A DNA stretch of 39,158 nt from Perkinsus olseni. Taxonomy: Eukaryota. The position numbers and the translations under genes were made by a program. The DNA lies in contig JABANN010000325.1 of assembly GCA_013115125.1 (NCBI GenBank), positions 1-39,158 of the forward strand, written 5' to 3'. Shown here piece after piece: positions 33,573 to 39,158 of this stretch. The notes beneath the pieces were generated by a model. It was not told where the DNA came from. It saw only the letters and a list, made by a program, of their open reading frames with translations, and did not search any database. Position 1 is the first letter of the stretch; each line of letters opens with the position of its first letter.

Positions 33573-36500
33573 TCATAGATAGGTAACATGCTCCGAGGTT
33601 GATGATGACCCGATGCTATAAATCTCATCGCCCTCCTCCCCCCATAGCCTAACAACCACACCGCCCACTACCGGAGGTCCCTCGGGCGGCGGCCATACCG
33701 GTCATCCAGCATGTCTGCGAAGGCCAGATTGTGGTGCATCAAAGACATCTCCCTGTCTCCACTCCCCGTCGAAGCTGACACGAAGAGAGGCTAGTCGAAA
33801 CTCAACCACCACTCATGCAGCATGAACCCTGAATCCTCTTCCCACATCCCCTCAGCGGATGAGAACCCAATGCCAGTTACCTTCCTCCCCAGTGTGCTCC
33901 GTTCCGTAGTACACTGACTCCCCAGCACGCTCAACCTCGGCCACCCACCTAGCAGATTATCCACAGTACCATCACGACCTCAAGGGCCTCTTTTACGCCT
34001 GGTTGTACGCCTCGAAGCGGGCCTGTCGTACTTTGTCGAACAGGATACTCGTCGAGCGGCCAGTCTCAGTGGACACCTGAGGGAAGGGCTCAGCCCCCCA
34101 CGAGACCTAGACAAGAGAGGCACAGGCTGATAGGGGGTCCGAAAAGCCTTGCCATTGCGACGACTTGTCCGACTATCACCTTCGAGGCCCGCACCATCTC
34201 CAACTCCGCCACGAGGCCCAGGGCTGCTGAGGCCTGCCCTGCGATCATGGGGTTACTGTCTCGTATCAACTCAAGCATGTAGTGGACCACCTGATGACCA
34301 GACCCAGAATATCTGCAGCAACACGATGCTAAGGCCACCTCACCTGGCCGTCCTGATCTTCCAACACTACATCAGACGTCTCGGGATTGGACAGCAACAT
34401 GTGGAAGGTCCATAGAAGCTGGAGAACCTACTGGAAGGTGGGCCGACCCACTCGGAACCTCCCGAATCGGAAGGGGACGTTCGGTACAACAAGGACTCAA
34501 GCGCCTTACAATCTCGTCATCCTCCTGCTTTGCAGTGAGTAGATCAATAAGTCGCCTCAACAACAGAGGGTTCTCACACAGCCTTGCCCCCACTTCCGGG
34601 TCTCGAGAAGCCGCTATAACCTAAGTCAGGGGATACCTATCCGCGAAGAAGTATACTTGGGTGTGCGCAGGAGACAAGGCGGAAGGTATGTCCCCGACGG
34701 GATCGATGGTGTCGAAAGATAGTATCGACGGCGGCCATCAGACACGATAGCCAGTAAATACTCAGCCCAACAAGAGTTTTCCCTGATACCACCCCAACAA
34801 CCATGACGCTCTCCAGAAGAACATCATCTCCAGTGAATCCTGGCATGAGTTGCTCTGTGACGAGGTCCAAGAGGAAGCCGTTGTCGTCTATTGAACACAG
34901 CTCTCCCCAATCGATCGTCCCGGGCGTAGTAAAATTGGCCAGCAACCCCAGCACCTGGGCATTCCAGGCTGGGAATCATAACAGAAAATGGGTATGTAAA
35001 TCAAGCGTCGGACAACGGTGGTCTTGAGCTTAGGCACTTCGATAAAACCCTCCAACAGACCCTTATTAAGTAGGATAGACTTTCAACCCATCATATCGAA
35101 TTGATCTGGCCGACCGTCCCATTCTTGGCGGCCAAGTGTGACGCTACTACCTCCACTACAATGCCAGCAGCCGCGTCTGCCTTCTCATCTCCACCACTCA
35201 TACCCTCACTGCAGTGACGGGCCATCCGTACCAGCTCCACCGTCCAATGAGAAAGCGCCGAGTTGCTCATCACCTGAGTCCCACAATCTTGCGGGGGTCT
35301 AAGCCCCGACCTCCTACTTGACAGAAGAGCTCCTGAAGATCCCTCCCGTGGCCGCTCACATTACGCATAACCTTCAATACAAGGCTATCTCTGAATTTGA
35401 TACCACGACGAACCTGTTGTGAGAAGGAGAGCACAGAATTGACTGCGGCCACCAGCCTGCCGACCAGGTCCGGCCATAACCCCGACTGCATCATCAGCTG
35501 AGCGCTCCGCTGATGGGTTGACATATTAACCATCACCTGGCAGGACGCCGGAATGGGCGAAGGTGAGGGACTCAGGTGAGGCCCACCGCCATAAGGTCAG
35601 CTCCCACTCTGGGGTCGGGAAACTGAACCACTAGCTGCAATAGCATCGGTATGAAGTCCTCGCAGAAGCACAACTCCGACTTGCAACGATCGTCAAAGGA
35701 GAAGTGATACCTGTTAGCGTAGGTCGCAGGTTCGATCCCCGGGCCCGGAATCTCGTCCTCCGTTATTACAGAAGCCTCAAGACCAATTGCCGACAGCTAG
35801 GTTGCTCTCTCAAGATAGTTACCAAGGCAGTCATCACACCACTCTCGGACAGGGAGTTCCTTACCTCCGGGTCGAACGATAAATTATGGAGAACCTGACC
35901 AAGCCATGCCCTCAGTCAGCCTCCATTACTCGTGCAGCACAAGTTGCTAGCCATGGTATCAACTTGCAAGTAGCTGTCGATAGCTAGGTGACGCTAGTCA
36001 ACACCATCAGCGATGCCATGAACTCCCCGAGGCCATATCCTACTATGAATGGTGGTATACAAGCAGCATGAAAGCCCTTGATGGGGTCTATATAGCAGCG
36101 CGAGGGGGCTGATACTTTCACATATCAAGTGAAGGAATCTCAGCATGAACGTCTCCACGAGTATTCCAAGAGGACTTCGCCGGACACAGAGAGTACTCCA
36201 GTCGGACGAGCAGACGAAAGGACATCTATGGCCAGTGATGGTATACTCCTTCCTCATTATCCTCAATAAGAACTACCTGCAAAGCCAGTACTCCTACTAA
36301 GCCCGAGCTGTGGCGCAGGACACAGTTTGCAACCAACGGACGAAGGACCTGAGACTGGTGCCTTCGACCAGGCCTAGCGTTTCCGCCTCACCCCAGCTTC
36401 CACCATCTGGTCCTTAGCCTCTCCGAATACAGACAGCTTCTTCAGAAATACCAGACAGACTCTCAAGAGAGGCTCCCAGGTTCGATCCAAGAGCCGGGCA

Positions 36501-39000
36501 ATTAAGGTCGGCAATTTCCCATTAACCATTTTGCCTGCGCCACCAGCTAATGCCACTGAGGCCGTTCCAGTGAGTTACTACGTTCAACTTTGACGTCCTC
36601 AGCCAGATGGAGGAGCGTCAATAGACATATGCGTAGCAGCTTATTCTGCTTCATAACTTTTCGCTCTTCTCTTGCCAATCCCCCCGGATCCTGGGAGATC
36701 CGGCATTGGTCCACCTAGAGGGCGGCATGGGATCGGTATGGCAAGTGCGACTGCCATAAAGCTACTGGGGTAGAAGAGATCTTTCATGGTCTCTGATGTA
36801 ACCTTTCTACCCGTGTTGAAGCGATGACAAGGAGAGATACGACCGTTCCAGATTTCATGAGAATCACACTGATTCATGGAAGAAGAGACGTTTCCCAAAC
36901 CACACTACTCCCTGTCTGAGTGCTCTTGCTCTTTCCTGAACCTCATGGTCGACCAGCTTGAGTGTGATGCCGCCACACTGGGATGCCGACAGCAGTGGGT
37001 GCAGCGAAGCGTAGGTAGACAGGCAGAGGAAGCAGGCACCTGAGCCAGCCATCGAGCCTAGCGGTGTGATTCGAGGTGGAGAGGGCTCTGAAGCTCGCGT
37101 GCCCTTAACCGAATTCCTCGAGAGATACCCAGAGCAAACCAAACTTCCGCCCTCTCTCGGCAGCGCGTTGTTTATCACACTCTACAGTCAACTAGTCTAC
37201 TGCGTGGAAGGCAGCAGAGTACTCGGATGAAGATCGGCAACCTGCAGCGATTACTGATAGTAGTGGGTAGATCGAAGAGCCCCATCGACTCTTCCCGGAG
37301 CACTCTCGCCAATACCGTAAGCCATGTACCTACCGGATTACCATACTCGGGCCAGCGCGTTAACTACAGTGCCGTGAGTCACACGGAACTGCGAAGTCTG
37401 CACGAGTTACTATGAGTATGTACGTATTTATTACAGTTGAATCCACCCTGATCGCCCTCAGTGGACATGGCCTGGCGAGAGATATACTCGAACGTTCGGG
37501 GATCAACACATAGCCTGACAATAGTGGAATGATCAAGTCAAAAGGCTGCACTCTCAAAATCAGCAGAGCCCGCATGCAATACTGAAAGGTGAACGGAAAA
37601 CCGTTGGTAAATCCTAAGTAACTCCTTAAGGGTATGAGCGCCCATCTGGCAGCGAACCTCAAGAAGTAGCGAGCGCCCATAAGCTTCTCCTCCACAGTGT
37701 CTTCATAGAGCTTGTCCTTATACCTGCACACCCCCGCCTTTACACACTTTTGCTCCACACACTGCTGCATTACATCTCGATGGAGCTAGGGCTGGCGTCG
37801 GGTAATAGTCGGAAAATCTATAGTAGAGAGCAGCGAACTTAGTCCGACCAGTGCTCTTTCGCCCTACTGTCTCGTAGTGGTTCACTGGTGCTTCTTCCAC
37901 TGGGGGTACCTGCAGGAGAGGACGCCTCGTAAGCTCGGTTTGGATGTTCGTATGAGAGATGGTGGAATCACAACTTGCCAGGTAAAAACGAAAAGGAACT
38001 GAGGCATCCTAGGGGCTGAAATGGAGATGATAGATCGTACTTGACGGTACGCTCCCAATACAGAGACAAGGGTGGACGCCTCAGCCGCAGCCGACTCATG
38101 CAATCAGTCCCTCTCCGACCGTGATAGGGGGGCACCCCTCGCTCCCAAGATATGCCCAATCAACTACGGATGTTCCTTAGGTGTCCCGGCTTTAGTCAAA
38201 TTACCACCATCCCCACGTCATCACTCTAACCTGTTGTTGTCTGAGGCTGCCTTGCTTTCTACTGCTCCCCGGCCTCCCCTGCGATCCCTGATGATAGGCC
38301 CGCAGCGCACCCAGTAGTCGAATCAGCTCAACCCGCTGCTTGGGCATGATATACCTGATTACACCCTTCTCGGTACTACTCCATCCCGGGAGCGACTACT
38401 TGCTGGCTGCCTGCATCACTTGGTCAGCCTTCAGCTCGAGGTCAGCCCCAACCTCTCGAACCCTCACAGACTTCTGCCCTTATCACAAGGAAGACAATTC
38501 AACCAATTCTTTGGAAAAAACAGAGAGAAAATTATCAGCTAGAGCTGGCCAGCGCGAAGAGATATACCAAATTTTCCGCTCTTCTGCAAAGCGAATATCC
38601 CCTTCCTTCCATTTTATTGCACAGTGAGTTTCGATCAATCGGAAGGGTTCTCGAAAATGTTCACAAACGAGGCAACAAATTTTTCAAGACCGAAAGCCCA
38701 TTTCAAGACTATTAAATCCAACCCGGAGAAGAGCCATCGATGCCTCCGACATCAACCTGTGTTCCGAATAATGTCGCAGCGTCAGACGGCCCAAGTGTTC
38801 ATGCTCGAGAAGTGACTGTCTTCGAGAGTCATCCCTTCTCCTGCGCCCCACTGTACGCTACCTGGGGTGCTCTCAGTGGAGATGACCTTGCCCTTGGCGT
38901 CCATTACGCAGACGTCCTGCATGTAGTTCACGACAATAGTACTCTCATCGGCATTCAACTCCATGCCTTTGAGGCGTATCTTTCGTACCGTCCTAGACAT
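33573..39000 (-). CDS. KIFAP3: Kinesin-associated protein (KAP3), ARM-repeat subunit of kinesin-2, multi-exon
   Basis: MSRTVRKIRLKGMELNADESTIVVNY; YKDKLYED; LARVLREE; QNKLLRICLLTLLHLAEDVKVERKMVN; LLRVCLVFLKKLSVFGEAK; LHNLSFD; DDVLLESV; LIDLLTAKQEDDEIV; ARFEAYNQAW. These are characteristic KAP motifs. Confidence 0.9.
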
Positions 39001-39158
39001 GAGTGACCAAGATGCAACCTTATCGATTACCATCCAAGTTTACTCAACGCAAGAGCGCTCAGGTGACCTCCACTGTGATGAAAGGCGCGACGGAATGAAA
39101 AACCCTCGACCCTTGTTGACCAGAAAACAATCGACACAGTCTGAAGGACAGTAAGCCA

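Overview
Eukaryotic, gene-dense DNA with many short (~30-70 nt) GT-AG introns. The intron style, compact spacing and amino-acid-transporter family suggest an alveolate, most likely Perkinsus; this is inference and was not checked by search. The ORF track fragments most genes, so I assembled exons by eye, and the outer coordinates of spliced genes are approximate. In order, the window holds: an internally deleted PIF/Harbinger DNA transposon with palindrome-rich ends (~0.3-1.6 kb); an intronless LicD-family nucleotidyltransferase (+); a SAMHD1-like HD-domain dNTPase (-) with an unusual two-domain N-terminal extension; two paralogous intronless Aa_trans transporters (+) flanking a SHIPPO/PGP-repeat gene and an intronless SMYD-type SET/MYND gene; and a 22-kb block of seven co-oriented minus-strand genes (TMEM216/17-like, PEX6, F-box/Kelch, membrane-anchored A1 aspartic protease, mL46, NPL4, KAP3). 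I found no rRNA, tRNA, CRISPR or spliced-leader gene, and I cannot support a clearly new multi-gene system. The best leads are the SAMHD1 architecture, a 19-nt identity between the 3' ends of two neighbouring NPL4 introns, candidate trans-splice acceptors just upstream of nearly every start codon, and the structure of the Harbinger ends.
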